Shown in pieces: positions 12,588 to 24,258 of a stretch of 64,000 nt of DNA (its first letter is position 1; each line of letters opens with the position of its first letter). The position numbers and the translations under genes are program-made. The stretch comes from Diplonema japonicum (taxonomy: Eukaryota > Protista > Euglenozoa: Diplonemea): assembly GCA_964019335.1 (NCBI GenBank), contig OZ025656.1, positions 783,692 through 847,691 on the forward strand, in the 5' to 3' direction. Below the pieces are notes generated by a model. That model searched no databases. It was given only the letters and a program-made list of their open reading frames with translations, and had not been told where the DNA came from.

Positions 12588-14834
12588 ATGATATCCATAA
12601 AGGAGTTATGCTGCTTAGTATTTGTAGTGTGTTTCACATGGTTTGGATACAGAACCGCTTTTAACTGTGAGTTCGTCTTCGATGACCATTTAGCGATAGA
12701 AAGGAATAACGACGTGGTGGGCAGCGGTGGCTGGCTCGATCTACTGAAGCACGACTTCTGGGGAAAACCATTAGCATTGGCGGACAGCAACAAGTCGTTC
12801 AGGCCTGTCGTTGTGGCCTCCTTCAAGCTCAATTACATCTTGTCACCTACGCCCTACGCCTTCCATGCTGTCAATGTAGCATTGCACTGTTTCGTTAGCT
12901 TTCTAGTGTGTATGGTATCCAAGGCGCACAATAACAATAACGATGCTTGGAGACCTATGCTTATAGCTGGAAGCTTCTTTGGCGTGCACCCCGTACATGC
13001 AGAAGCAGTAACGGGCATTGTAGGGCGTGCTGATATCATGTGTGCCATGTTTGCGCTGCTGGGTTACCTTTGCCTATTAAAAAGGGTACCTTCGCTGTTG
13101 CAGTGTGCAATGTACTATTTGTTGTGCATGCTGTCTGTGCTTTCAAAAGAAACTGGCATCATGCTGGTGTGCATCACCCTTGTCTCCGACGTACTCCTGC
13201 ACCTCAGGTTCCCAGGCCTGCGGAAGGTGGTAACCAACGTTGCGGTTGTGTTGTCTTATTGGTACTTGCGGATGGTCTTCGTAGGGCAGGTGGATTTAAA
13301 TGGTAGTTTGCTGCTAAGGAAGACCGAGAACCCTATCCTCTTCGCACCGACATTGCTGAGCAAGGTGCTGAGCACACTGTACATACAGTCGCGGTACGCA
13401 CTGCTCTTAGTATATCCCAAGGAGATGTGTTGTGAGTATCCCTTTGACTGCCTGCCACTGCTTCATGATTTGAACGATCCCCGTTGCTACACTATTCTTG
13501 TGACGGCGGTTGTTATTGCCTTGGTGCTAGCAGTTGCCATCCAGCAACGTTCACGGGTGGCACTGATATTCATAAGCTGGATTGTGTTCCCCCATTTGCC
13601 TGCTTCAGGGATATTCTTCACAATTGGTACTATGCTTGCTGAGAGACTCTTGTATCTCCCTTCTGTGGGGTTGACTCTTCTTGTGGGCCATGTATTCAGG
13701 GCAGAGAAAAAATTTCGTGATAGTATGAACTTTAATATCCTTTTGATGAGTTATTGCATAACCTTTCATGGTAAGTTGGCTGAACGGAACAGAGAATGGC
13801 GAACAGATGAAACACTCTTCAAAAGTGCGCTCCGTGTGTGTCCAAATGCTGCGAAGCACCACCAGCAATATGGCCTGCTGTTACTTAATAAGCATGAGGT
13901 CGCAGATGCCAGTATGCATCTGAATAGGGCACATGAAATCGACCCTGAGTGGTGCGAGCCGCCCCTGTACTTGGGAAAGATAGCAGCGCACAAGAAGGAA
14001 TATGACACAGCGCTGTGGTGGTGGCGCAAGTGCGTTGGCTGCCCGTACCTTGGTGACCAGTGTTTCAACTTGTATTACGAGGTGCAAGGGAGCCTCTATA
14101 GTGGCAATACAAGTGCAGAGCACGAGCTGGGAAATGTACTGATAGATGTAAAGCAGTTTAGTAGCGCTGTGACTGCTTTCAGGCAAGCTGGGTTAAAGAG
14201 GTACAACAACCAAAATTGGGAAGGTGCTGTGGAGTCCTTCACAGCAGCCGTTTCTGCATGGCGGCGCTTGGGGCATCCATTGGTGACAGAAAAGAAGGAA
14301 GACGAAGAGATGAACCACCCATGCAACATATGGTACTGGCTGGGCATGTCGTACTCAAAGCTCACTATGCAACTCTCAGCATTGCGGGTATACCGTGAGA
14401 TGTTTATCTCTTGCGCACTGATGCCAAAAGCGGTGATGGCTGCAGCGGAGGGCCTAAGCGCCATCTATCAAGAGGCCATGCAATCGGACGTCGTAAGGGG
14501 CAGGTTAGACATGACTGAAGTGGATGTCTATGAAGCTCATACCGATACACTGATTGCAATTAGTGAAAACAAAGAGATTACTGGTCTCTCAGAAAAGGCA
14601 CGGGACACTTACCTTACCACAGCCTCGCGCTTGTTGCTTAAGGTGTCGGAAGTGCGCGAAACGTGCTCGAAGATTAAACGAGCGGTAGATTTACTTTCTA
14701 AGAGAAAGGATGCCAGTGACCGGCTCATGTGCGAGGCACTACACAAGCATAGGTCACAGTGCGGTGGCACAGAGTCACTCAAAGAGTGTGAGGTGTTCCG
14801 AAAGAATGAAAAAAGAATAAAGAGGGGGGCTTGA
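12588..14834 (+). CDS. TMTC: TMTC-family protein O-mannosyltransferase (GT-C membrane domain + TPR)
   Basis: FVFDD..AI..N, HDFWG...SNKSFRP, HPVHAEAVTGIVGRADI, SKETGI, GTMLAERLLYLPSVG, then TPRs. Intronless. Confidence 0.92.
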   Translation: MISIKELCCLVFVVCFTWFGYRTAFNCEFVFDDHLAIERNNDVVGSGGWLDLLKHDFWGKPLALADSNKSFRPVVVASFKLNYILSPTPYAFHAVNVALHCFVSFLVCMVSKAHNNNNDAWRPMLIAGSFFGVHPVHAEAVTGIVGRADIMCAMFALLGYLCLLKRVPSLLQCAMYYLLCMLSVLSKETGIMLVCITLVSDVLLHLRFPGLRKVVTNVAVVLSYWYLRMVFVGQVDLNGSLLLRKTENPILFAPTLLSKVLSTLYIQSRYALLLVYPKEMCCEYPFDCLPLLHDLNDPRCYTILVTAVVIALVLAVAIQQRSRVALIFISWIVFPHLPASGIFFTIGTMLAERLLYLPSVGLTLLVGHVFRAEKKFRDSMNFNILLMSYCITFHGKLAERNREWRTDETLFKSALRVCPNAAKHHQQYGLLLLNKHEVADASMHLNRAHEIDPEWCEPPLYLGKIAAHKKEYDTALWWWRKCVGCPYLGDQCFNLYYEVQGSLYSGNTSAEHELGNVLIDVKQFSSAVTAFRQAGLKRYNNQNWEGAVESFTAAVSAWRRLGHPLVTEKKEDEEMNHPCNIWYWLGMSYSKLTMQLSALRVYREMFISCALMPKAVMAAAEGLSAIYQEAMQSDVVRGRLDMTEVDVYEAHTDTLIAISENKEITGLSEKARDTYLTTASRLLLKVSEVRETCSKIKRAVDLLSKRKDASDRLMCEALHKHRSQCGGTESLKECEVFRKNEKRIKRGA

Positions 14835-14859
14835 AAAAAGAATAAAAAGGGGGGCTTGA
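14807..14859 (+). repeat. 25-nt tandem duplication spanning the TMTC stop codon
   Basis: tgaaaaaagaataaagaggggggct / tgaaaaaagaataaaaaggggggct / tga. Confidence 0.85.
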
Positions 14860-15058
14860 GAATGTTTTTTGAATTTCTACCTGAACAGTGAGCACCCCCA
14901 TGCACACTGAAATTTTATCGAGTTTTTTTTTTTTGGGAAAACAACGAAGAAAGGTAAACAGCAGCGCTGATCGACTTGGCTTGCCTAAGTACAGTGCTGG
15001 ACAGTAGTGACATTATTCTTGCTTAAGTATTAATCATACCAATCCAGCAGGTTGCAAA

Positions 15059-16428
15059 ATGAGCGAGCACGGTAGCGAAGCGAGAACACCTGCCTCAGCA
15101 CCATCGGTGCCGGAGAAGTCGAAGGCGGAGCTGAGGAGAGAGCGTGCAGCAATTCAAGAAGCTCAGAGAGAGGCGAAGAGGTTGAAAAACGAGGAGGCTG
15201 CAAGGGTGAAGGTTTGTTTTAATTAATTTTAATAATAATCATCCAACAGGCAGCTGGTGGTGGGCAGGAGAAAAAGAAAAAGGAAGTACCGAAGAAGAAG
15301 CCTGAACCGGCCAAAGAAGAGAAAAAAGAAAAGGTTGTAAAGAAGAAGAAGAAAAAAGACGATGTTGCTTCTATGCACCCGTCCGTGCTGAGGCTTGGTG
15401 AGCAGTACAGGGAGCACAGTATCATTGGTGGTAATGCTAGGTGCATAGCTCTGATGAAGTGTTTCAAGGACCTGTTGAATGACTACAATGTATGTGTTTG
15501 CTTGCACTACAGCATGAATCACAGGATGACGTCAACTTGAAGGACAACTTATTCCGCAAGCCGATAAGCTACCTCACTGGATGCAGGAAGATTTCGAAAT
15601 CAATGGGTAACGGGATCAATTACCTGAAGAGCAAGGTAAACGACCTACCCAAGGGCATCAACTACGTGGTATGAAAACAATTGCCTTTTACGCGTACAGG
15701 ATGCGAGAGAGATTCTGTTGGCGGATATTGACATGTACATCGATGCCATCTTGATGGCAGTCAAGACAATCGCAGAGAAATGTGTAGGGCTGGACAACAA
15801 GGGCAGAAGAGGTGGCGAGCACCAGATCAAAGACGGCGACGTCATCCTGACCTACGCCAGGTCCAACGCCATCGAGTGGGTGTTCCGATTGGCTCACTCG
15901 AAGAAGGTGAACTTTTCAGTTGTCGCTGTCGACTCGCGTCCTCTGCATGAAGGCAAGCAGCTGGCGTTGACTCTCGCAGGCCTCGGCATCCCCACCACAT
16001 ACTGCCTCCTCAACTCGCTCTCCACTCTTCTTCCGAAATGCAACAAGGTCTTTGTAGGGGCAAGCACCATGCTCACCAACGGCTCGCTTGTGAGCAGAAC
16101 AGGCACATCCATGATCGCAATGATGGCCAAGCACTTCAGCTTACCTGTTTTGTGCTTCTGTGAAACATACAAGTTCGCTGATAATGTGTGGCTGGGGTGC
16201 TTGACCAACAATGAGGAGGCCGACACCTCTGATCTGATGACGCTTATGGATGGGCAGGAGAGCCCGCTTGTCGATGAGGAACAGGACAAGCTGAAGCTCG
16301 CAAATTACATGTACGATCTAACACCTGCAGAGAACATCGACATGGTGGTCACAGAGTTGGGACCCATGCACCCAACGTCAGTGCCCGTGATTGTGAGAGA
16401 GAGAATTGATAAGGGTCACGAAATCTGA
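15059..16428 (+). CDS. EIF2B4: Translation initiation factor eIF2B delta subunit
   Basis: N-terminal KSKAELRRERAAIQEAQR; IIGGNARCIA; VVAVDSRPLHEG; NGSLVSRTGT; FCETYKF; YDLTPAENIDMVVTELG. Introns 15212-15249, 15490-15524, 15669-15699. Confidence 0.92.
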
Positions 16429-16562
16429 AATCTGAGCTGAGCTCGGCGCGTTCATCGCTATTGCCGGCAAGCTTGAAGAAGTGTTTTTATCATTTTCTGT
16501 TTTGTTCTCATTCCTCGACTCTAAGCAGAAATCATACATAGAAAATGCGATAGAGCCACAAG

Positions 16563-18370
16563 ATGGCAGATGAAGGCGAAGGTGGCGAAAGGGTGAGCAA
16601 TCTCGAAGAGAAGGAGAAGGAGGCAGACGACTCAAAGAAACGAACAAAAGGTCCACCGCCGCAACCGGGGAACAAGGCTGAGTTGATTAAAAAGCCTGCC
16701 CCGCCTGCTCCAACGCAGGCCCTGGAGAATGGCACGCTGATAAAGGGCAAGTACAAGATATCAAGTAAGATAGGCCAAGGTGCTTTTGGGGAGACATATG
16801 TTGGGGAGAACGTGACCGACGGCACATCCGCGACGTATGCCATCAAGGTATGCTGTGGCATTTGTTGTTCACTTGTGACAGATCGAACGATGCAATGGCG
16901 CCGCCAAAAGAGATGTGCTGAAGTCGGAGGTCATCGCCTTGAAGAAGCTGCAAGGTTGCCCTAATGTTGTGAAATACATTGGCAGCGGGAGAGATGACAC
17001 ACTGCAGATTAACTATCTTGTGATGGAGCGGCTTGGGAATGACATCGCGGAGATCAGGAAACGCACACAGAAGCAAACGTATGGTTTTTACACCTTTTAT
17101 TATAATGTCCGCAGGTTCGAGTTAGCCTCGACCATCCGCCTTGGGCTGCAGATGCTGGAATCCATTCAAGGAGTCCACGAGCAGCACTACATACATAGAG
17201 ACATCAAGCCTAGCAATTTCGTGATCGGCAGAGAAAACCCGGAAAAGGTTTATCTCATCGACTTCGGCCTTGCCAGGAGGTACCGCTCCAATGGTGTAAT
17301 CAGAGCCGCACGTCAGGCAGCCGGGTTCCGAGGAACAGCTAGATATGCAAGCATCCACTCCCACAAGCAGATGGAGCTGGGGAGGAGGGACGATCTATGG
17401 TGCTTATTCTATGTCCTTGTCGAGTTCAGGTCTGAAAGCGGCCTCCCTTGGAGAAGGCATAAGGTATGCACATTTACCAAGCATAACCCTTCACAACAGG
17501 AGAAGAACGTTATAGGTGAGATAAAGGAGCGTTACACGAACGAAACCCTCGTGCAGCATCTCCCCACAGCGTTCTCCTTATTCATGAGACATCTGTTTTC
17601 CTTGACATATGAGAGTGAGCCTGACTACTATTATTTGAAGTCGCTTCTTCAAAGCATTGCCGAAGAAGATAATGTATGCCCTAGTGCCACTCATCACACT
17701 GCATAGATCGATCTAACAAAACCTATGGAGTGGCAGAGGCCTGGCTTCGGCCAGCCGCCAAAGAAAGAAGCGAGGCATGAAGCTCCGCCGGCGAACCCAC
17801 TTGCGCGAAATGATGCAGAGCAGGCGCCGCCACCGCGGGAGAAGGAGGTGAAAGAAGTGAAAGAAGTGATAGAGGAAGCTCAGGTGAAGGAGCCCGAGCC
17901 GCAGGTGAAGGAAGTGAAACAGGAACCAGACAAAGACAAGGATGCGACTCTTCCAACTCCGGCAGGGAGCGGTCTCCTCATGTCGCCAGCATCGCCCACG
18001 CCGACGTCCCCACGTGCACCGCCGCCGGCTCCTATCCCTGCGGCGGAGAGGGCACCAACTCCTCCGCAGCTTATTCCTGAGCCTGCGCACCCCACTGTGC
18101 CGCCTGTTGAAAAAGAACCAGAAGTGCAGCACGCAAAGGTATTCAAACTTCACCACCTCCACTGCAATAGGTCGGCAACCCGAGGAACGGAGCATTGGAG
18201 ACGAAGCCCGAAAGGAATGACGAGGTATGCCATTCACTGCACAGGCACCACGCCACTAACAGGAGTCGTCGTCCACGCCGCCCAACGGCCAAAACATGAA
18301 GGATGCGGGAGCTCCGCCCAGCGAAGGGAAGGAGAGGCAAAAATGCAAAGAGTGTTGCATAGCTATGTAA
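16563..18370 (+). CDS. Casein kinase 1 superfamily kinase, tau-tubulin kinase (TTBK)-like, Pro-rich tail, C-terminal CaaX
   Basis: IGQGAFGETY, HRDIKPSNF, IDFGLARRY, GFRGTARYASIHSHKQMELGRRDDLW. Six introns (16848-16881, 17079-17114, 17464-17499, 17674-17706, 18139-18170, 18225-18262). Spliced end ...QKCKECCIAM*. Confidence 0.88.
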
Positions 18371-19120
18371 ATGAACAACTCCCTCAATGTAACTGGCACC
18401 ACCGGCTAGCTCACGAGTCCTACAACAACAGATAAGGTCTTATTGTTGTGTGATCGAGTGAGCTCTGCAAAGAAATATGAATAATAGTAAGTTCCTACCT
18501 AGATCTCTGTTTGTAGCATCCCTCGTTTCTCCTTGTAGCATCCCTGCTGTGCTTGCGGTTTAGTAATTGCCGTCCTCGGGACTGGTAGCACGCCATTTTT
18601 CCGAGGAAAGTACAGAGAAAAAGAGCATGATAAGAAGAAGGAAAATAGTGTTTGGGGTTTCTGTTTATTCTGGACACTGGGCGAACAGGACACGCGTCTG
18701 GTGTGTTTGTGGTTCTTCTTCAATTTTTCTCTTTTTTCTTTTTTCCCTTAGTATTTTAACGAATAGTTGTACTCTGCCTTGCATAGCGGATCACTGCTCC
18801 TAAGCAGAGGCTTATTATGTTGCTGTCTATCTTCTATGTTATGGTTATTCTCATGTCTCCGTCCCTATCGCACAGCACCACAGGTAATATGAGAACGTGA
18901 CTTCTCGACCAAGAGAACTAAAGAGACGACATCAATAAACAGAAAGAAGACGTGAGTAGGATTGGAGTACCTTGAGTCTATTTCATCATCTTCATAGTTT
19001 AGAATGTTTGTTCCTTTCTTTGCGGGGCTTCCGCTCCCATCACCCTCAAATCATATGATTTTCTGTTTTATTATGTTTCGGTAGCTTCCCAACGTGACTC
19101 ATGACTTCACAGGTGCGAGA

Positions 19121-20059
19121 ATGGGCGACGTGCCGAACCTTGTGCAGATCAATCTTCTGCGGCTTACAAGAAGCCATGTGGTGAAGCTTCAGACACAGTA
19201 TTTTCCTCATCTTCTGACGCAAATGATCCAGGGCTGCTATGTTAGGGTGCTGCTAGAAGCGGGAGACGGCGGTGAGCAGCGATACAGGATGGCTAAAATC
19301 AGCGGGACGAGATCGGGCGAGGAATACAGCGGGTACTCTTTCGGAAGCGATTCAACTACAACCTACCTCGACCTGGATGTGCCGCAGGCCCTAGGCCACT
19401 CCACAAACAGTATCCAATTGAATTCAATCAGCAACAGCGACTTTTCCCAAGAAGAGTACGACACGTGGCTCAACAACATACCGGCTAGTGAGAAGCATAA
19501 GAAAATACCTACACCCTCGCAGCTAGAGGACAAATGGAATGAAATAAGGCCTCACCTACAAAAGGCAGGAATCGATGTCTCGAGGATGGGTCAGGATGTC
19601 TTCAAAAGCGTGCGCAGCAGTGCCACTATTATCCCGAGAAATGACCCAAAGAAGCGCAAGCTACCTGACGCCCAGAACAATAGCGGTCTTGACGAAGTCA
19701 AAGAGCTCAAGGTATGCGCCAAAGATACAGGTTGAACGACTTACAGTTCCAGCTAGAGTCTCGCAAAGACTTTCCCAAGGAGCTAAACAATCTCACCATG
19801 GATGAGCTACACATCTTAGAGGACCAGGTGCAGGAGTACATGAACACCCTGCGACAACGCAAAAAGGATATGTCCCACTGTAAGGTACTGTCTATGTTAC
19901 ACACTCTATCTTTCACAGATATGTATGGAGAAAGACGTAGAAGTAGTGCTCTTGCCCTGTAAACACCAGATCATGTGCCAATCCTGCTCGTACCAAGTCG
20001 AGGACTGCCCTGTCTGTAGGACTGCAATCACCGATAGGATCACCCCGCATAAGTTTTAG
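19121..20059 (+). CDS. Plus3-domain / C3HC4 RING-finger protein
   Basis: Plus3 (LRLTRS..V...GCYVRV...YRMAKI...ISNSDFSQEEY). After introns 19712-19746 and 19885-19918: CKICMEKDVEVVLLPCKHQIMCQSC...CPVCRT. Confidence 0.85.
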
Positions 20060-20231
20060 AAGCCCCTTCTGAAGTATTTACTCCCTGATTTTTATCTCTC
20101 CCTTTTTTTTGTTTTGTTAGATATGAAAAGAAGAAAACACTGATTCCTTGAGCTTTTTGTCCATTCAACCCCAAGCTAAGGGCAGTTACCATTACACTAC
20201 CTGAATCCCATTATCAGTCAGACAGGTGCCG

Positions 20232-21227
20232 ATGACAGAGGGGGTAAACGCGGACGAAGCCGTTGCTGTGGTGGCAGGAGTGCACTGTCTCGTGCGGTCG
20301 TTTCATGACTGCATGGCAATGTTTTTGAAAGATGGGAAGTTCGACTTTCTGGAGAGGTGGATGGACGTTATCGACAGGCTCACGAAAGGGGACAAAGACC
20401 ACGCGGGTCTGGAGAGCAGATTCACCAAACAGATGGAGTTCAGCATCTTAGAAGTAGAGACCGAAGCAAGTGTAATTCAATCTTGCGACCTCCCTTCCTT
20501 GTTCCACTCTATTGCAGGTATTCTTGGGAGGGCCTTCTACTTGGTGCGTGAGCAGGCAGTTCCTTTCGCCACAGTTGACAGTGACCTCCGTCCACTGCAT
20601 AAAGCGCCTTTCCGGCACAGGCCCGCCACTGCCAACTTGAGAAAGTATAAGAGCCCTCAACCTGTCTCCCCATCCGATTTCCAGCAGCATCATCCTCCCC
20701 CGAACCCCATGGTTACGAGGGACGGCCTGTCCATGCGGTCTATCATCCAAAAGCCTCAGAGCAGGCTAAAAAGTACGCAGAACCCTGCCCAGCTAAGTGT
20801 TGTACGTGATGCTGCCGACCCGAGAAGAGTGCAGCGGCCATCTCCAAAGCCTGAGCTGCTGCCACCTTCGACAGTGTGGATGAATGCATTGAAAATACCG
20901 AAGAAACGGAAGCAGCCTGCAAAGCACTGGGAAGAGGCTGAAAAGGGTTTCAACAACAAAAGACCCCATGACCCCGTCGGTATCTCTGCACCCCTCAACC
21001 CTATATCTACCCCGATACCCGTACCCCATGATGACGTACCTTTTGCTGAGCACGTTGCTAGTCTGAAGAACAGAACACGCTACGGCGGCGACTACCTGCA
21101 ACAGGATAGCTTCGCTCCACCAGCCTGTTTAAATCCGCCCTCGATCCCATCGGTGCCTAACATGTTCATCAAACAGACTGCGCGACAGGAAGAGATCTCG
21201 TGGATGACAACAGCATTAACCGTTTAA
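20232..21227 (+). CDS. Hypothetical protein (helical N-terminus, Pro-rich C-terminus)
   Basis: 331-codon ORF preceded by gacag acceptor; no family recognised. Confidence 0.7.
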   Translation: MTEGVNADEAVAVVAGVHCLVRSFHDCMAMFLKDGKFDFLERWMDVIDRLTKGDKDHAGLESRFTKQMEFSILEVETEASVIQSCDLPSLFHSIAGILGRAFYLVREQAVPFATVDSDLRPLHKAPFRHRPATANLRKYKSPQPVSPSDFQQHHPPPNPMVTRDGLSMRSIIQKPQSRLKSTQNPAQLSVVRDAADPRRVQRPSPKPELLPPSTVWMNALKIPKKRKQPAKHWEEAEKGFNNKRPHDPVGISAPLNPISTPIPVPHDDVPFAEHVASLKNRTRYGGDYLQQDSFAPPACLNPPSIPSVPNMFIKQTARQEEISWMTTALTV

Positions 21228-21307
21228 CCGACCGCATTTCTATGCAGCTTGATAATTTAGTTTTTCATACAATTTCTTATCCCCCTAAGTTTTTACCCGA
21301 CAGTTAC

Positions 21308-22450
21308 ATGTCGCGCGTCTTCACATGCCATGCCCCCTTGATGTCGGCGCTGCCGGCGAAGGAGGGTGTTTTGGGTGGTCTCCGATTCAGCGTGAAAGAC
21401 ATCTTTGATGTTGCAGGGTATCAAACTGGTTTTGGAAGCCCCACATGGATGGAAAAGCACCCTGACACCGCCACCAAAGATGCGGAGGCTGTCAGGCTGT
21501 TAAATGAGAATGGTGCTACATTTGTTGGGAAGACCATCATGTGTGAACTCGCGTGGAGTCTGACAGGCGAAAACGAGCATTATGGTACCCCGCCCAACCC
21601 TGCAGCGCCTGGGTGTGTCCCTGGTGGGTCTTCTAGCGGCGCTGCTGTCTCTGTTGCTGATGGCTCGTGCGACATCGCGCTGGGAACCGACACGGGCGGT
21701 AGTGTGAGGATCCCATCCAGTCACTGTGGGCTGTGGGGCCTCAGACCTACGCATGGCAGGATCTCTCTTGAGGGTGCGTGTAGCCTAGCGCACAGCTTCG
21801 ACACGACAGGTGTCTTTGCCAAGAATGCCGAGCATCTACGTTTGGCTACGTCTGTCTTACTGCAAGGCAAAGGACAGGCTGCAGCACAGCCGAGATGGCT
21901 TGTTGCTACTAACTCTTTAGATGTTCTTGAGAGCACTGCAAGGGAGGTGGTGGATTCGTTCCTCTCTGGGCTAGACGTGCCTCTTGAAAAGGTGCACACA
22001 GGTGATGTCGAGGAGCAGATACAGCTGCTGAAGGTGATCCAGGCTTCTGAAGTGTGGGGAGAGTACGGCAAATGGGTCACAGAAGAGAAACCTGTGTTTG
22101 GCAAGATTGTAAATGAACGGTTCAAGTTCGCGGAGAAGAGTAATGCCGAAGAAGTGGAAAGGGCAACCGGAAGAAGGGGGGAGATCAAGGCAATGGCACA
22201 AGCATTGCTTGGTGATGATGGGCTGCTTCTGCTCCCTGCCGCTCCGTCTTTCCCTCCTAAGTGTGGCGGTGAGGCTGATGCTGCATGGCGTGATCAGGTG
22301 CTAAGGCTGACATCTTTAGCAGGGTTGGCAGGCCTGCCTCAGGTAGTGTTCCCATTGAACAGTGAGAAAGGTGCACTCGGGATGAGCGCCATAGGACCCG
22401 AGGGGTCAGACGAGTGGCTCATGCAGTCCGTCCAGTCACTCCTGAAGTAG
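21308..22450 (+). CDS. Amidase signature family enzyme (AMI1/bacterial short amidase-like)
   Basis: FSVKDIFDV (catalytic K); PGGSSSGAAV..A.G..DIALGTDTGGSVRIP (Ser-cisSer-Lys triad). Intronless. Confidence 0.93.
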   Translation: MSRVFTCHAPLMSALPAKEGVLGGLRFSVKDIFDVAGYQTGFGSPTWMEKHPDTATKDAEAVRLLNENGATFVGKTIMCELAWSLTGENEHYGTPPNPAAPGCVPGGSSSGAAVSVADGSCDIALGTDTGGSVRIPSSHCGLWGLRPTHGRISLEGACSLAHSFDTTGVFAKNAEHLRLATSVLLQGKGQAAAQPRWLVATNSLDVLESTAREVVDSFLSGLDVPLEKVHTGDVEEQIQLLKVIQASEVWGEYGKWVTEEKPVFGKIVNERFKFAEKSNAEEVERATGRRGEIKAMAQALLGDDGLLLLPAAPSFPPKCGGEADAAWRDQVLRLTSLAGLAGLPQVVFPLNSEKGALGMSAIGPEGSDEWLMQSVQSLLK

Positions 22451-22659
22451 ATATTCCTTCATGTATTGTATCCTCACCTGCGCAGCCCTTCCACCGCAGG
22501 TCACGAGAGTGGTGTGATTATTCGATTTCCCTGGTTCCGTCCAATGCCCCAGCGACAAGGCAAGATGTTCTCTGGTGGAACAACGTTAAGATTGCTTGCA
22601 TGCAACATCTACTTCATTTAATTTCTTGTTCGACACGAACTGCCACATATTAACAGGAA

Positions 22660-23982
22660 ATGCAACCCAACATGTGTCAGGTCCCTCAGGGTGCTACCCT
22701 AACACCTGAGCAGCAGGCGTACTACGCCCATATGCAAGAGTATCAAAAGCAATATCAAAACCATTATCAAAATTTTGCAGCGGCTGAAGCATACCGTATG
22801 GCAGGGTACCAGTATACGTCACAGGCACAGGCTCAGGTCCAAGAACAGGTTGATGTTCCTGGTCACGTAGAGGAAGAGAAGCTGACCGTTGCTTGTGACA
22901 CATCCATGGGGCTTGAACCCAAGCTGCTAACCAATATTCTAGAAGACTACTACTTCAAGGTATGTATAGGTTTCACATGTAACGTATCACAGGAGCTTGT
23001 AAAGTTCACGACGTTCGAAGAGTTGTGTGAGGAGGCGAAAAAAGAAGCGACACATGTGAATGCCTGGGGAGGTATGAGGGGCGACTATAAACGGGCAGAC
23101 AACATGGTGATCGGGCGAAGGAGGTCGGAGTGCAACGAGCATGAAAACAGGTCACCCATGAAGATGTGGTGCATCCTGTACAGAATGTACCAGATCAGGC
23201 TTACCTCAGATCAGCTGAAAACCCTGTTGAAAGAGACTTCGAAGATATGCCTTCGGTGCATGGGTATCCTCTACGTCCGCTTCACACAGCCGCCCGAGGA
23301 CATGGTCGACTGGATCCAAGGAAACCTCAGGGACACTGAGAGCGTTGTGCAGGTGTGTCCGCAAGGGTTGCGAACTGGGACCTCCACCACGCTCTCCAAG
23401 TTGGCAAAAAACGTGCTGCTTGAAATGAATTACCTTGACACGAGGTTTCCTCGTATCCCAGTTAAGAAGCTCCAGGATATAAGAAAGAAGCTTCAAGGTG
23501 AGGATGACTACAACAGAGAAGCAGAAAGGCGATCCGATTGGGTGAAGGACAGCAGAAGTAAGCGTGATGAAAGGGACAGCACAGGAAGGGACCGGGACAG
23601 AGACTTCGGCAGGGATAGGGACAGGGACAGGGACTACGACCGCAAAGAAAAGAAGGAGGATGAAGTCAAGAAGAAGAGGAGGGGTGGTAGACTTGACTTG
23701 GATATGCTCCCACCTAGGAAGGGGGTCGACAGCGATAAGTTGCGTGGCAGGGAACGGAGACTGGAGGAGTTGAGGAGCACCACGAAAAGGTCAGATGACA
23801 AGCGTGAAACTTCACGCACACCTACACCGGAACCCAAGAAGGATGGGGTGAAGGCGTATGACGCGATCAGGGGCGAGGCCCTGAAGAGAACGTATGCACC
23901 CACGTATAACTAATCAACACACCACAGGACGGACAGCAAGACATCCCAGGCAAGGGCAGCTATTCTGAAACTGACGCGCTAG
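22660..23982 (+). CDS. PRPF38B: Pre-mRNA splicing factor PRP38B-like
   Basis: CILYRMYQIRLT..QL..LL....LRCMGILYVRFTQPPED; TRFPRIPV; RD/RE-rich tail. Introns 22960-22992, 23892-23927. Confidence 0.85.
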
Positions 23983-24258
23983 TACCTAGCAGTTAGCGCC
24001 TAGTTCATCCAACTAGTGCTTGTAAATGTTGTCTTTTGAGTGCATGATTACATTCACCACAGGAGAGGGTCAAGATGGTGATAACGATGATCGGACGCAT
24101 GTAACTAAGTGTCTCCTTCCGGAAACACAAACAGTTGCTCTAACCTCAACGCTATAAGGTCATGTGGCAAGTGCTAGTGATCAGTTGATTTGAGGCTTAC
24201 ATGTTTCACGAGCAATGACACGGGTAGAGCTTTACACAAAATGCCCTCATGTTACAGC

